NCBI GenBank assembly: GCA_951406725.2
Contig: OX597820.1
Location: 60,822,001-60,886,000, forward strand
Direction: 5' to 3'
DNA: 64,000 nucleotides
Source of the DNA: Octopus vulgaris
Taxonomy: Eukaryota
Part shown: positions 29,468 through 43,620 of the stretch, piece after piece
Layout of the letters: every line of letters begins with the position of its first letter
How positions within the stretch are numbered: the stretch's first letter is position 1
Made by a program: the position numbers and the translations under genes
The notes under the pieces: model-generated
What the model saw: the letters and a program-made list of their open reading frames with translations, nothing else
Told to the model about the DNA's origin: nothing
Database searches by the model: none

Positions 29468-30819
29468 GATGATTCCTCATAAATAACATTTCTAAAACTG
29501 AGTAGACTTCCTCTTCTAAGTTACTGAATAGTTCACCCTTCAGCATTCAGTCATTTTCTGCGTACATGAAACTACTGATCACAAACCTGAGACAATGTGG
29601 TTTATTCGCAAATCAGCATTTTGAATAGCGTCTTACTGTGGTCCACCATTTGACTAAATGGTTTAAATCTCATTCCCCACAAAGTGACTCGCTTTTAGTT
29701 CCGTCGTTTCGTCTTTATTTTACTCTCGTTCGTTCCTATAATGCCGCTATTATTACTAGATTCCTCTGGACAAGTAATTTACATATCACTTTCATTCCGG
29801 CCATGGCTATACACTCATCTTCCTTGTTTCCATCATCCTACAGTACATCAAATCCAAGATCTTGCACTAAATCTCTACCCTTAAAACCTAATCAGAATAA
29901 CAAAATGTTTCCTGAACTTCTTTCCTGAAACTGCATTGATGTCACTAGTCTGAAAGTACATGACTGAATGTCTGAGATACTGCTCATCTTCCTCGGACTT
30001 ACAGAATGGAATGTAATATAAGCGTTGAACGGTAGATGTTAATTAATCGAGATATTTACACCCATCTGACTGTTTATATTATCTGAAGCAGTAACATGCA
30101 CACCTCTTCCAGTCACCCTGCCACGTTTCACTTCCCAGATCTCACACCAAATATAATATTCCTCCCAATAAAATCTCACCGGGGTAACTTGAATCTTGAA
30201 TTTATTCCCATTCCTCATTTCCTGAAACTGCATTAGTCTAAAAGTGCCTGGAAATGTCTTTGGTATTGCCATCCCTGCTGGGTTTTTTGTTTTAAGTGAA
30301 TGGCGACAACTAAATCCGGTGGACTGTGTGCTATTATTGATGTATAAAGTGCAAGTTGTATTGCAGTCTAATTATAGAGCATACCATATTCGAGACATTT
30401 ACACTCTTTGGTAGTAATGCTGGTGAACCAGATAGTGCTAATTTTTCCTTAATATATCACTGTTCAATATATTTCTGAACCATAAGAAAAATGAACCAGA
30501 TATTTTCTTTTTTAGTGAACCATTTCTGTAATATTAAATCTATAAAAAAAATCAGAAATGCCTTTACAAATTGATGTGGAATAGTGTGCTTTTAACTTTA
30601 TTTAACCTGCTTAGTTGTTTGGGCAAACTACCTGGCAATTTTTCTTGTTTTTTTTTTGTATTTTTTTTTGTACCAAGAAATATCAATATTTCCTCCCTCG
30701 TGTTGATTCATTCAATTAAAATTCTTCTTCCAGACGGTGCCCTAACATGGCTGCAGTCTAATGACAGAAACAAGTTAAAGATAAAAGATCAAAGATAAAA
30801 GATAAACGATAAATATTAA

Positions 30820-32060
30820 GTATGGGATTTAAATCTGCCCTCCAACATTTCCATGTCTTCATTTCAGGGAGTTTCTCGCTTTTGTTGCATTTGCAGTATG
30901 GGAAGGACCATTGTCTTGGAGAAAAATTGTGCTTTGTTGTTTTTCAATCAGAAGGAAATTATTTTTGCAGACTGAAGATTTCCAATCTTTAATAGTTTTA
31001 GGCATTCTAAAGCAGTAATTGAATATTCCCGCCTTATAAGCTCACCAATACCTGCAGATAAAAATGCATACCATACCATAATTCCATTTCCTCCACGTTT
31101 TGCAATTCTTGAAATACATCCAAAGTGGAATCTCTTCCCAGCCTTGCGAAGATAACGTTCTGATGCATCACTACAAAACACTAAAATGTTGATTCATGCC
31201 TCTAGAGCATTTTTTAAAACTAGTCTGAAGCAGAGTTACCAGCATATTTAGGCAAAAAGTACTATCTTTCCTTAAAATTTTGTTCCCTTGGTTAATAGGA
31301 GCAACCTACCACATCATTTGGAGGCAAAACCAGCGTCTTTCAATCTTCTTGTAATGATTGATACGGAAAGTGTTTAGCTTCGTTGCCATTTGAAATTTTC
31401 TCCTTAATTACAATGAGCTTTCTCTCCTTTCCTGAAGAACTAAGAATTTGAGTCTTCTGTCATCTTTACTTATTGTAATTCAAGGCGCAGGAGTGGCTGT
31501 GTGGTAAGTAGCTTGCTTACTAACCACATGGTTCCGGGTTCGGTCCCACTGCGTGGCACCTTGGGCGAGTTTCTTATACTATAGCCTCAGGCCGACCAAA
31601 GCCTTGTGAGTGGATTTGGTAGACGGAAACTGAAAGAAGCCCGCAGTATATATGTATATGTGTATATATATGTGTGTGTGTACTTGTGTGTCTGTGTTTG
31701 TCCCCCAACATCGCTTGATAACCGATGCTGGTATGTTTACGTCCCCGTAACTTAGCGGTTCAGCAAAAGGGACCGATAGAATAAGTACTAGGCTTACAAA
31801 GAATAAGTCCTGGGGTCGATTTGCTCGACTAAAGGCGGTGCTCCAGCATGGCCGTAGTCAAATGACTGACACAAGTAAAAGAGAGTAAAAAAAGGAGAGG
31901 TCCATCGAGAGCTTTTCGTCGTTGCAGTATAATCACTTTTCTGAATGTGTAAGCCGCTTTATACTGGGAACAGAGAAATAGAGATTTACATCTACTTCTT
32001 CAGTAGCTGCTGGAGTTCAGAACATATTGTACATGTTACTTGAAGATTAGCATTTACATC
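30820..32060 (-). mobile_element. Degenerate Tc1-like transposase, interrupted by SINE A
   Basis: Minus strand FCSDAS, KRGGNGIMVWYAF.SAG.GEL, QDNGPSHTA, ADLNP. Confidence 0.7.
31484..31892 (+). mobile_element. SINE family A, full length
   Basis: GGCGCAGGAGTGGCTGTGTGGTAAG (A box), GGTTCGGTCCC (B box), internal (TA/TG)n, GAGTAAAA-type tail. Confidence 0.9.
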
Positions 32061-32116
32061 ATTTGATATCCACAGCAAAATGTAATTTTTCTATTTTTGT
32101 TTTTCTTAACACAATT

Positions 32117-32338
32117 TACGAGGATATACTGAAAAGTTCCTGGCTTTGGGTAAAAGAAAATACTGGAGGATCATTAAATTATGATTTTTCCAACATATTC
32201 CTCCCTTCTAATTCACACACTTATTGCAGCGGTCCTTTAGTTTTTCTAAGCCGTGTAAAAGAACTCGGAAGGTCGAGCCTCCAACCAGGCTTTTCGCGAT
32301 ACGCTTAAAGCAAGGAACTTTTCAGCACCCACCTCGTA
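32117..32338. mobile_element. Mariner-type MITE
   Basis: TACGAGG..ACTGAAAAGTTCCT / AGGAACTTTTCAGCACCCACCTCGTA TIRs; second copy at 45040-45772. Confidence 0.85.
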
Positions 32339-32458
32339 TAATTCAGAATATCCGCGCACACCTTTTGATGTGAATTGTAAATAGAACAATTCGTACACTT
32401 TCATTTACAAGACAGCTAAACGCACATCCTTAGACCTTTTCAATACGTTTACTTTCTA

Positions 32459-32655
32459 TTACTCTCTTTTACCTGTTTCAGTTATTTGACTGTGGCCATG
32501 CTGGAGCACTGCCTTTAGTCGAGCGCATCGACTCCAGGACTTATTCTTTGTAAGGCTAGTACTTATTCTATCGGTTTCTTTTGCCAAACCGCTAAGTTAC
32601 GGGGACGAAGACACACCAGCATCTGTTGTCAAGCGATGTTGGGGGGACAAACATA

Positions 32656-32715
<60 letters not shown>

Positions 32716-32882
32716 CATACGACGGGCTTCTTTCAGTTTCCGTCTACCAAATCCACTCACAAGGCTTTGGTTGGCCCGAGGCTATAATAGAAAACACTTG
32801 CCTAAGGTAACACGCGGTGAGACCGAACCCGGAACCTTGTAGTTCGTAAGCAAGCTACTTATCACACAGCCACTCCTACGCC
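32459..32882 (-). mobile_element. SINE family A, full length
   Basis: Reverse complement of 31484-31892. Confidence 0.9.
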
Positions 32883-33387
32883 TCAAACTTTTCATTATGA
32901 AGAACAATTCAAAGCAACCCCACCATCTATTTTCTCTGTGCACGGTCATAATCTCATCTACCTTACCTCAGACATTCGTCCTCAAGAATAAAAGATAAAA
33001 ATCTAGTTATTTTCGGGAATTTCGTTTTGCCTCATAAAGCGCTTTATGCCAGTTTGTAAAACGTTTCTGTTTTTTAAATGCTTTTAAGAGCCGCGTGGGT
33101 CCTTTAACCTTGCCTATTCATAATTTATGTATGTGTGTGAGTGTGTTTGCATGCGCGTGCATGTACGTGCGCGCGCGCGCGTGAGTGTGTGATTGTGTGT
33201 GGGTGTGTGAGCTTGTGTTTTATGGAGCAAGCAGGCAAAATGGAACTCAGTAAATGTGTATCTCTCTTGACTCAAGCGCTGCACATGTGGTGCCGATAAA
33301 TGCCTGAGACGAAACCCAGGCCCTAGAGTCCCTTTTGTATCTTTTTTTGCCAATTAAAATATATCAGCGGGTGTTAATGTGTGTATT

Positions 33388-33465
<78 letters not shown>

Positions 33466-33829
33466 CACACGCACACAGACACACATACACGCTCACATAC
33501 GCGCACGCGCACATACTCACGCACGCACGCACACAACACACACACTGACAGACAGTCAGGCAGACAGACACCGACACGCATAATTTAAATCAACTAACTA
33601 GATCGATGATGTCAGTGACCTGTGACTTCGTTCAAGATTTCTAGATCTTAAAAGTGATATCGCGGATTCTCTCCACGGGAGCCGACCATGTTCGTATACA
33701 GGGTGATCGATTACAAAAATGGGAATCATCATCTTACGATATCAACTGTTTCTTTGTCTGAGAAGTACACTGGATAATTGTTTCTCTGTATGTTAAAGCA
33801 GTCAGAAAGACATGGTCTTATAGCAGTCT

Positions 33830-33863
33830 AGCGATGTTGGGGGGACAAACAGACACACACACA

Positions 33864-33904
<41 letters not shown>

Positions 33905-34120
33905 ACACACACACACACACATACACACATATATATATATATACATATACATATATACGACAGGCTTGTTTCAGTTTCCGTCTACCAAATCCACTCACAA
34001 GGCTTTGGTCAGCCCGAGGCTATAGTAGAAGACACTTGCCCAAGGTTCCACGCAGTGTGACTGAACCCGGAACCATGTGATTGGGAAGCAAGCTACTTAC
34101 CACACAGCCACTCCTGCGCC
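33830..34120 (-). mobile_element. SINE family A, 5' two-thirds
   Basis: Matches 32630-32882. Confidence 0.85.
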
Positions 34121-34878
34121 TATGTACAGCTTATGTACTTATGTACAACTTTCTCTGTAGACTTGTCTATAATTTCTGCCAAAGTTACATACACATCATC
34201 TGGGTAGCTTTATGCTACTTTGAAAAATTACTAATGAAAATGACGTAGATACCCTGATGAAATTCAGTATTAACTGCAGCTTTGAAAGCATTAAATTAAA
34301 TTAAAGAATGTTTGGCTGTTGAGTTTCCAGACACTAGGCATTCAGAAAGATGTGTCATGCATATTCTTCTTCATTAGAGTATACATAAGGAAACAATAAT
34401 TTAAGAATGTTGTCTATACAAGACAAATAAATTTCGATGGTAATTTTCGTATGAAATGCTATTCTCAGACATTCGAAGAAGCGGAGAGGAATGACTACAA
34501 CTCGATTTGAAATGTATATGTCTACGTTTTTGATAAAGATGTTTGATATGCTAAGCGCAGGCGTAGCAGTGTGGTAAGAAAGTCAGATCACGTGAATTTT
34601 CCGAAACTCCTCTCTCCACCCCCTCATAAATCCTTATATACTCTGAAGCAAGTATATATATATATATATATATATACTCTCTCCCATAAATCCCCAACTA
34701 CTCTGAAGCAACAACATCTAAGCGGTATTTGTAGAAAATTTCGTTAAAAAGTATCCATTTTTCTTGATGTTATGAGGCAACAAAGTTGGGAACGTATACA
34801 TCTGTAGTTATGTCCTTTTATTTATACGATATTTTCATTTCATGTTTATTTCATTCATTGTTTGCAGTCTTTTCTCCC

Positions 34879-34977
<99 letters not shown>

Positions 34978-35782
34978 TACACGCGCACACATACTCTGAA
35001 AAGCTTGCAGATGGGCTGCTAAATTGAAATCTCTATGTTGCTTTGATGGAAAGGTAAAACTTGACAGATTTCTTCCTCATTTCGTAGTTGGACTAACTAG
35101 ATGTTTGTTTAAAAAAAACAAAAAGATTATGACTATGATAAAATAATGAAAGTAGTATTTATTAAGCAAGTGAGCACTATTATACTAAGAAATAACTAAA
35201 CGTAAAATATCATTAAAAATATTAGGATTGGGAATCAAGTGTGAAAATATTATCAAGTGGCTAGCAGAAAACCGTCTGGAGGGCGGTCTTTCTGCTAGTT
35301 TGGTATAATTGGGTTTCTTTGAATTTGATGAAGCTACTGTAGTCGCTACATAAACAATGGTCACTGGAATACGTGTTTGTTGCTAGGTGTAGTGAGCATC
35401 CTAAATTGCTCTCCGGGGGCCTTATAATTCCGAAATAAAATTTAGCCTTCACTACAGTCAGAAATATGTATGCCCAATCGTCAAGAACGATAGAAATCAT
35501 ACGATATTTATGCTGTGTCTAAATCTTGGAGCTTTTGCTGGGTAGCACTGAATCGTTGTTTTGATGGATTCGTATGGCGTGATAAGTTGCGGTTATGGTT
35601 AACATATTGATTTATTTTAAAATGTTAAATTGAAAATTTAATGGTTTTGTCATGTAATACTAATGTGTGAGCTAAATAATCCTTCGTTTTCTGCGCAATT
35701 CTAATTGTTTACAGTAGCCGCAACTGAAGTTGCTGCAGAACATAGGTGAGATGATATTTTAGACATAGTAGAGAGCCTATCC

Positions 35783-36215
35783 CATTTCTTTACTGCCCAC
35801 AAGGGGCTACACACAGAGGGGACAAACAAGGACAGACAAACGGATTAAGTCGATTATATCTGGTACTTATTTAATCGACCCCGAAAAGATAAAAGGCAAA
35901 GTCCACCTCGGCGGAATTTGAACTCAGAACGTAGCGGCAGACAAAATACTGCTAAGCATTTCGCCCGGCGTGCTAACGTTTCTGCCAGCTCGCCACCTTA
36001 GCCTACTTCATTTCTATCAGAAAGATAATGTGAGAGAATAACGAAAAAAGTGTGAAAGAAAGAGAAGTGTTACTAGTACGTAACTGGTACGTTTATTATC
36101 GACTCGAAAGGGCGAAATGTAAAGCTGACCTGGGCGAGATTTGAACTTAGAGTGTAGAGAGCTGGAACTAATATTGCTAAGCATTCAGTCCGTCGCGCTA
36201 ACGACTCTGCTAATA
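35783..36215 (-). mobile_element. Two SINE family C copies (35783-35998; 36070-36215 degenerate)
   Basis: Reverse complement of 23239-23471. Confidence 0.8.
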
Positions 36216-36314
36216 GACTGCTAATGTATGTATGTATGTATGTATGTATGTATATCATTATGTACGTAATGTATGTATGTATGTATGTATGTGTGCGCGC
36301 GCGTTTCTGTATGT

Positions 36315-36628
36315 ATGTACGGTTTTCTTTAAGTTCAATCTGGTAACCAACGGAGCAACAAAACTTTTTGAACTAAGAAAGATCTCTGTGTTTGTAAATA
36401 TGTGGTTGAGTTGGTGTGTTGGTTGAATTGTCGGTGCATACACTCAAGTGTATGCATCTATTCGCTGAAAGAATCTCAGATGCAGAATATTTGGAATGTC
36501 TTACAAAACTTCACTGTTCCACTAATAGATTGAATATGGAGAATCCGCGTTAGTTTCTTTTGCTCTTCCTTCGAAAAATCTTGTATTTCTAGGCTTCTTG
36601 TGTAAAATTGTAGGTGCATAGGTTGAGG
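36315..36628 (-). mobile_element. Short 3' fragment of R4/Dong-like element between (TATG)n tracts
   Basis: Minus strand IQSISGTVKFCKTF matches SVSGTVKICKTF at ~4872-4906. Confidence 0.7.
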
Positions 36629-36751
36629 TGTATGTATGTATGTATGTATGTATGTATGTATGTATGTATGTATGTATGTATGTATTATGTATGTATGTAT
36701 TTATGTATGTATGAGTGTGTGTATGTATGCATGCATGTATGTATGCATGTA

Positions 36752-39276
36752 TATTATCATTCAGTTTTATTACAAGATTTGTTGCCAATAGAGTAAGAGC
36801 CAGTTTCTAACCTAGATCCAAGGCTACTTCACTGGAATTTCAACATCAACAGCAGGGCATTTTTGTATGTATGCATGTATGTATGTATGTATGCATGTAT
36901 GTATGTATGTATGTATGTATGTATGTATGTATGTATGTATGTATGTATGTATGTATGTATGTATGCATGCATGAATGTATATGTGCAGATTTCTATGTTT
37001 TGCTTTATGTATATATTCTCATGCATATAGTTGCATATCTAGACATGCTCATATATATATAATGGTTCAGCGTAGGTATTCTCTTTTTGACTGATCTTCA
37101 GCTTTACGTTAACATCCGCTGTACACAGTTTCTTTTCTGTATCTCAGATTATTATATCAGGTTTGTTGCGCTTACATTTTATTGAGGTTTTCACAGGGGT
37201 ATTCCACCAGTATTCCTTTTTATTATGAGTGGCTATGGTTTCTATCATAGTGTGAGTTCTTATTTCTTTGTCTTCGGGGTTATCATTCCGAAGAATTTCA
37301 TTAGAGAGTGTTCTAGCTACAATATCATGTCTCATCGGTAAATGTTACCGTGATGATATTTTTGTATAACTGCTTATGATGTGGGTGATATATTAGGTGT
37401 TAACTCCATAACATCTGCATCGGTTATCACATTTTGCTGCTTTTCCTGTATCTCTATTCCTTTTGTGCACCAGTATTTACTTGATATTCCATTTTCCTGA
37501 ATCGCAAACGCATATCCTTCAAAGTAGGATGTGGTAATCCGGTTATTTGTCCATGATAGACTGCTTTGATGAGCAATGTTACTATCATCTCAGAGTTTAC
37601 TTCTAACATATCTATGCTCATATATGCTCATCCTTTATCTGATGATACTTTACGGTAGAGTCGTACCACTTATTTGGGCATGTATTTAAAGTTATCAGAC
37701 AAGGAATACTGCTGAAAGGACTGCCTTCCAAGTCTTATGATGTTATCAGCTTCATGTATGCAAACTTGGTCAAAAGATGCACTTCGACACTTGGTGGTTA
37801 AAAGATGTTGTCGAATGATAGGTCATTCAAAAGTATTTTTGCCTCCTTGTTCGCGATTTTTTTTTTTTTTTTTTTTTTTGGTAGAGGTAGTCTACGTCAC
37901 TGTTTATGTAGAAATCATGTGTGCCTGTTAGTATTCTCTGAGTTTTCACATCAATGGCTCGGATCTAATCAAGCGTCCAATCAAGCAGCCCAAATTTTGG
38001 TATGAATACTCGCACTGCAAACACATTGTGGACTATTATTTTATTGAATAAAGACAGTTCTGAAATCCAAATTTTCGTTATAAAAAAATAATAAGATAAA
38101 AATGTTTCTTTCTCGAGCCACGCCAGGCTCACAGGCTCATAACGGCCGGTTTTCCGGTTTCAGTAGCGTATATATTCTCCACCTGGATGAAACACCGGTC
38201 CGTCGCAGGATTACTAATTTTGCCAGCTGAGTGGACTGGAGCAACGTGAAATGAAATGTTTTGCTCAAGAACACAACGCATCGCTCGGTCCAGGAATCGA
38301 AACAGTCTTACGGTTATGAGTCCAACACCCTCACCATTGAGCCACGCGCCTCCACAAATGTTCGTTATTCGGCTGTAATATTCTTTTGTGACACATGTTT
38401 TGTTACAGGTGTCATTGTAAGATATGTTTTCATTCGCCCCTACATAGCTGTAACATTCTCCGTCAGATATAGGGCAAACAGTCAAATCATTGATGATGTT
38501 GCTAGTCTGGATTAAAGTTTTCCCCCTTTTCACAAGCATATAACATCATTTATCCAACTCTGCATCCTCCAACTCCAACTCTGCATCCTCCAACTCCAAC
38601 TCTACAACCTTTGAGAATGCTGTAACTAGGTGAAGTCTCTTTTTCATCTCGTGCATATTCTTTGCATGAAGATTCAAGTCATCCACAAAGAAACAGCGTG
38701 TAACTTTGGTATTCCCGTTTCCTTGTGAACCATTGGAATATCCATCAGACTTCCTTAACATGAATAAAAAGCGGTTTACAGAAAGTCTAACCTACATCAC
38801 AGAGAGGCTAACCCTTGGAATATGCTTTTGCGATACTGTATTCTCTCAGTGATAATATAGTCGCTCTTTGAGTTTAATTTGAAGATGGTGCCCCACGGTG
38901 AAGTCAGATCAGCTACGGCTTTGACTATGCTCACTGGAACTTTAACAAGTTGAAGATCTTCTAGCATCCAGGAGTGGGGAATAGAGTCAAAGGTTTTCTT
39001 GTAGACTTGCCACATTGAAATTAGGTACCTCCTATGCTCCCGTACCTTTAGCAACACAGTTTTGTTGATTAACAATTACTCGGTACATCCCCAGTCTCCA
39101 TTCTTCCCACTTGCTTGTTCTGCTGTAATGATGTTATTGGCTTCATAATGGTCCTGGAGAAAGAGGTTTAAGCATGATGGATATATATTTTATACATTAA
39201 GTTCTGGCGTGCAATTAACCGGTAGTTTTTTTGCCATGTGGGTGGTTCTGCATTTGGGGATCAAATCTTGTCTCTG
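36752..39276 (-). mobile_element. 5'-truncated, decayed R4/Dong-like element in (TACA)n
   Basis: Minus strand YKKTFDSIPHSW, SIFQG, FFVDDL, EYYSRIT(K)IWISELSLFNK, RHDIVAR, YWWNTPVKTSIKCKRNKPDI; contains a SINE insertion and an expanded internal (TACA)n. Confidence 0.85.
38082..38355 (-). mobile_element. tRNA-headed SINE (family D-type tail) inserted in the R4/Dong-like copy
   Basis: 13-bp TSD AAAT(T/G)TTCGTTAT at 38069-38081 and 38356-38368; removing the insert restores the LINE reading frame. Confidence 0.85.
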
Positions 39277-39885
39277 TATGTATGCATGTATGTATCTATG
39301 TATGTATGTATGTATGTATGTATGTATGTATGTATGTATGTATGTATGTATGTATGTATGTATGTATGTATCTATGTATGTATCTATGTATGTATGTATG
39401 TATGCATGCATGCATGCATGTATGCATGTATGTATGTATGTATGTATATATGTATGTATGTTTGTTTGTATGTATGTATGTTTGTTTGTATGTATGTATG
39501 TATTATGTACGTATGCATTCATGCATGCATGTATGCATGTATGTATGTATATATGTATGTAGGTATGTTTGTTTGTTTGTATGTATGTATGTATGTATGA
39601 ATGTATTCATGCATGAATATAGGTATGCATTCATGCCTGTATGTACATATATACGATTATATGTAAGTGTTTATATAAGCTTATATATTGATACCAGCAT
39701 CATTCAATTGCTCCCTAAAAGTCCATGGGCACAATGGTTCTAAAGGAGCATGCATATATGTATGTATATACATACATATATGCATGCATGCATACATACA
39801 TACATACATACATACATACATACATACATACATGCATGCATGCATGCATGCATACATACATACATACATACATGCATACATACAT

Positions 39886-40036
39886 ACAGAGATAAGATTT
39901 GTTTCCCAAATGCAGAACCACCCACATGGCAAAAATAACTACCGGTTAATTGCATGCCAGAACTTAATGTATAAGATATATGCAGCATGCATAAACCTCT
40001 TTTTCTAGGACCATTATGAAGCCAATAACATCATTC
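39886..40036 (+). repeat. Inverted duplicate of 39125-39276 (LINE truncation junction)
   Basis: Reverse-complement match including the adjoining (CATA)n. Confidence 0.85.
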
Positions 40037-40565
40037 ATAGATTTTGATTTTATTACTTTATTTTGTACAATGTTGCAAAGATTTGCTTTTAGATTTTCGT
40101 CTTCTTGCTTTAGCTGGAATATTTAAGACAACCATCATTATTCGTTTACAAATAATGATGGTTTACAATGTTTTTTTTAGTGTGTTTTTTTCTGTTTGTA
40201 AATGATTCTGCAATATATCTGTAAACATCCTGGTGATAGTGATAGTGAAGTTTTGTAAAGTGCCGAGTGAACCTTCTTTTTACTTACAGAATATTTGTTT
40301 TTAACAATTTACCTTGAAAAGACACACAGACATATTTATAAAGCAAACGAGATATTGATACACCATCTTCTTGAAAATAACGGTGCTTGATATACATACA
40401 TACATACATACATACATACATACATACATACATACATACATACATACATACATTCATACATACATACATACATACATACATACATACATACATACATACA
40501 AACATACATACATACATACATACATACATACATACATACATACATACATACATACATACATACAT

Positions 40566-40930
40566 AAGCATGGGCATGGCTGTCTGGAAAGCAGCTTGCT
40601 TCCAAACCACATGGTTCTGTGTTCAGTCCCACTGCGAGTGTCTTTTGTTATAGCCTCGAACCAATCAAAGCCTTGTGAATGTACTTGGTAGATGGAAACT
40701 GAAAAAAGCCCATCGTGTGTGTCTATGTTTGTCCCCCATCATCGCTTGACAACCGATGTTGGTGTGTTTAAGTCCTTATAACTTAACAGTTCGGCAAAAG
40801 TGACCGATATAAAAGTACTAGACTTACTAAGAATAAGTCTTCTGGTCAATTTCTTCCACTAAAATCCCTTTAAGGTGGTGCTCCAGCATGGCAGTAGTCA
40901 AATGACTGAAACAATTAAAAGAATAAAAGA
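40566..40930 (+). mobile_element. SINE family A
   Basis: Full head-to-tail similarity to 31484-31892. Confidence 0.85.
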
Positions 40931-40981
40931 ATATTGATAGATAAATAGATAGATAGATAGATACATACATACATACATACA

Positions 40982-41015
<34 letters not shown>

Positions 41016-41056
41016 CATACATACATACGTCCATACACGCACACACCATTCACATA

Positions 41057-43620
41057 TCTATATACATAAAATAGCAATTTCTGTTTGTCTGTGGCTCTGT
41101 GTTCGTGAATTTGTTACTTTAACTCTTCCGAGACTTGATGAAACTTGACACGTGTGTGGTGGTGGTGGTAGTGGGGTGCTTATACCCATGTGGTCATTTA
41201 CGCACTTGGAATTTCAAAAAATCGATAATTTTAATCAGTATCGATTTTTCAAAAGTCATTCAAAGGACATTTAATTTCAATGCAAATTCTCATATAAATG
41301 TTATTTTCTACCATAACTTTTAAGTTTTCAACAGATTTTCTGGAATTCTATACACAGATGGTATATGCACTAAGGGTGTTTTGAGACAAATAAATTTTTA
41401 CCAAGGCCTCTCAAGTAAAGCGTAAGATCAATCTTGACTAACTGATTAACGAAGTTTGGCTTAAATTGTTGTAGGGTTACAATGTTCATAAATTATTTCA
41501 GCATTCTCTGGTTGCTGTAACATGTACTCTCTTAACATCAGCACTTAAAATTATTGATTCTAAAAGTTGCAGCGTTGTGTGTAACATGTATTTTCTTAAC
41601 ACCTGCACTTAAAATTGTCGGTCCTAACCCTAGCAATCGATAGTTGATTCTCACGATCAGTGGAACTATACCCATGAAACACAGTTATCAAATTAAGTGC
41701 ATGTGCACTTAAAATTTCTTTTGGGGTTGCAAGAGAATTTGCCCCAGAATGACGAAAATCGTATTTTGTGCTTATTGAGCAGAATTAGTTCGTGCTTTTG
41801 TGCTCATATATGTCAATAAATACTTTCATAATATATATTTGATCAGACTATGGTTATTCTGGCTGGTAATCAATTCAAGTGGGCAAGCTATGATAATTAA
41901 TCCCAAATACGCACAGTCAGTTGTGACCTTGAAATCGCCGAAATCTGCCCAATTCGTAAAATTTCGGCATTTTGCGCACAAGCCGTCGTGGCCTCAATTT
42001 GACGAAATTTGTCCCAATTCGTAATATTTCGGCATTTTGCACACTAGCCGTCGTGACATCAATTTGACGAAAATGACGCTGACATGAGTTCGCTACCAGA
42101 CTGGTCATTTTTTCGTCAAATTTGTCCTACCCATTAATATAGACCTCAATTAGATGAAAAATGCCGAAATTCGACGAAAAATGGTTCATTGGTATAAACA
42201 GACATCTTATTAACGGTAATCTCATTATCATTTGCAAATTCTGCATTTCAATACGAATCGTTTTCATTTCCTAAGATTTATTATTTTAATTTACATTATT
42301 TACATTTGTCCTCATCTTGTTTGTTGTTAACACAACGTTTCGGCTGATATACCCTCCAACCTTCATCAGCCTTCATTAGCCGTTAAATGTAAATAATGTA
42401 AATAATGTACATAATCCCTCATCTCTTAAATATAAAACTGCATTATTATTTTAATTCGTTGATTTAATTCCCCAGCGTTTCAGGTTTTATATAGGTAAAT
42501 GCATTTTATTTCTCAAGCATCTTCTATTCAGTATTTCATGCATAAACATAGAAATACTGACAATCAAACTACATTTATACAAACTACTACTTATATATAA
42601 GTTTTAACTTATCAGTATACCCACCTCTTAACTTGCGAATACTTTTGGAGTTCAGATCTGCGTTAAGTTACTACATGAACCTTAGCTTTTACAGAAGGTT
42701 CAAGATCTTATATCAGTCTTTTAAGACAGGGGATATTCTCATGTGGGCCCCAACTCACTTAAGAAAGTCAGGACTTGTTATCCACCATATCACTCATGTG
42801 CAAAAGGGATTTTAGTCCTCTGATTGGATAATCCGTGCTATTTTGTCAAAACAGGAAGCATATGTGGTTTTAACACACCAACTTCATATATTTGGGTCGA
42901 CACAATGTTCTTGAGTCATAAAATAACTTTTTTTCAAATAAACAGTTTATCTTGCTTAGGCTTACGGATGTTGCCCTTCTAGATTCTAGCATTGTCAGTC
43001 TGTATCTATGACAGCTTTGCCTTTTTGAATTATGTTTGTCTTATCCTTCTACCATATTAGCTTTGAAGTGAAAATACGTGATGCCACGAAGAACGCGAGT
43101 AAAACTGGGTTCTGTAGATTCACGAGCAGCGTTAATGCGACTTAGGCGATCACAGGTAAGTTTCCTAATCATTTAACAATTCCACTGTCATGAACAAGCA
43201 TTGTTAAACGTTCCATGTTGCCTCCCCAATTATTATACATTTTATGTGACCTTCACGTCTGTTAGTCTACAAAATTATGTCAACATGCAGAATGACTAAT
43301 CACAGATACCTTGATTTCATTGGATGATATTTGATCAAGTTTCTATACCTTTCACACATTAGACATATACATAGATGCCTTCAATGAAATCAAGGCATCT
43401 CTGGATTATATATATGCAGCTTTCCACTCATCTGACCAGACCATTATCATTTTCCGATTCCACACGTATTTATTTGTATTATTGTTTGGTGAATGAATTT
43501 GCTTACGCCTTCTATTATCTATCCTATGTCTTGATTTCATTTTTCGTCTGAGAGACATTAGGCATTGTAAGGGTACTGGGAATATCACTGCTCCCGGGTA
43601 TTACCGAGTACCTCAGTTAG
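41057..43620 (+). mobile_element. Putative old Helitron with cargo
   Basis: 5' A|TCTATATACATAAAA...TGTTTGTCTG resembles the 5' end of the 45120-45633 Helitron; 3' imperfect hairpin CCGGGTATTACCGAG then TTAG|T; weak RepHel-like fragments (HVGPNSLKKVRT at ~42740). Confidence 0.45.
42329..42369 (-). ncRNA. Penelope-type minimal hammerhead motif
   Basis: CTGATGA-A-GGTTG gagggtatat CAGCC-GAAA-CG-TT-GTGTT; the 5' strand of stem I appears lost to a short duplication. Confidence 0.6.

Noticed and set aside
29640-30280. Possible LTR-retrotransposon coding remnant
   Set aside because: No recognisable protease, RT or integrase motif.
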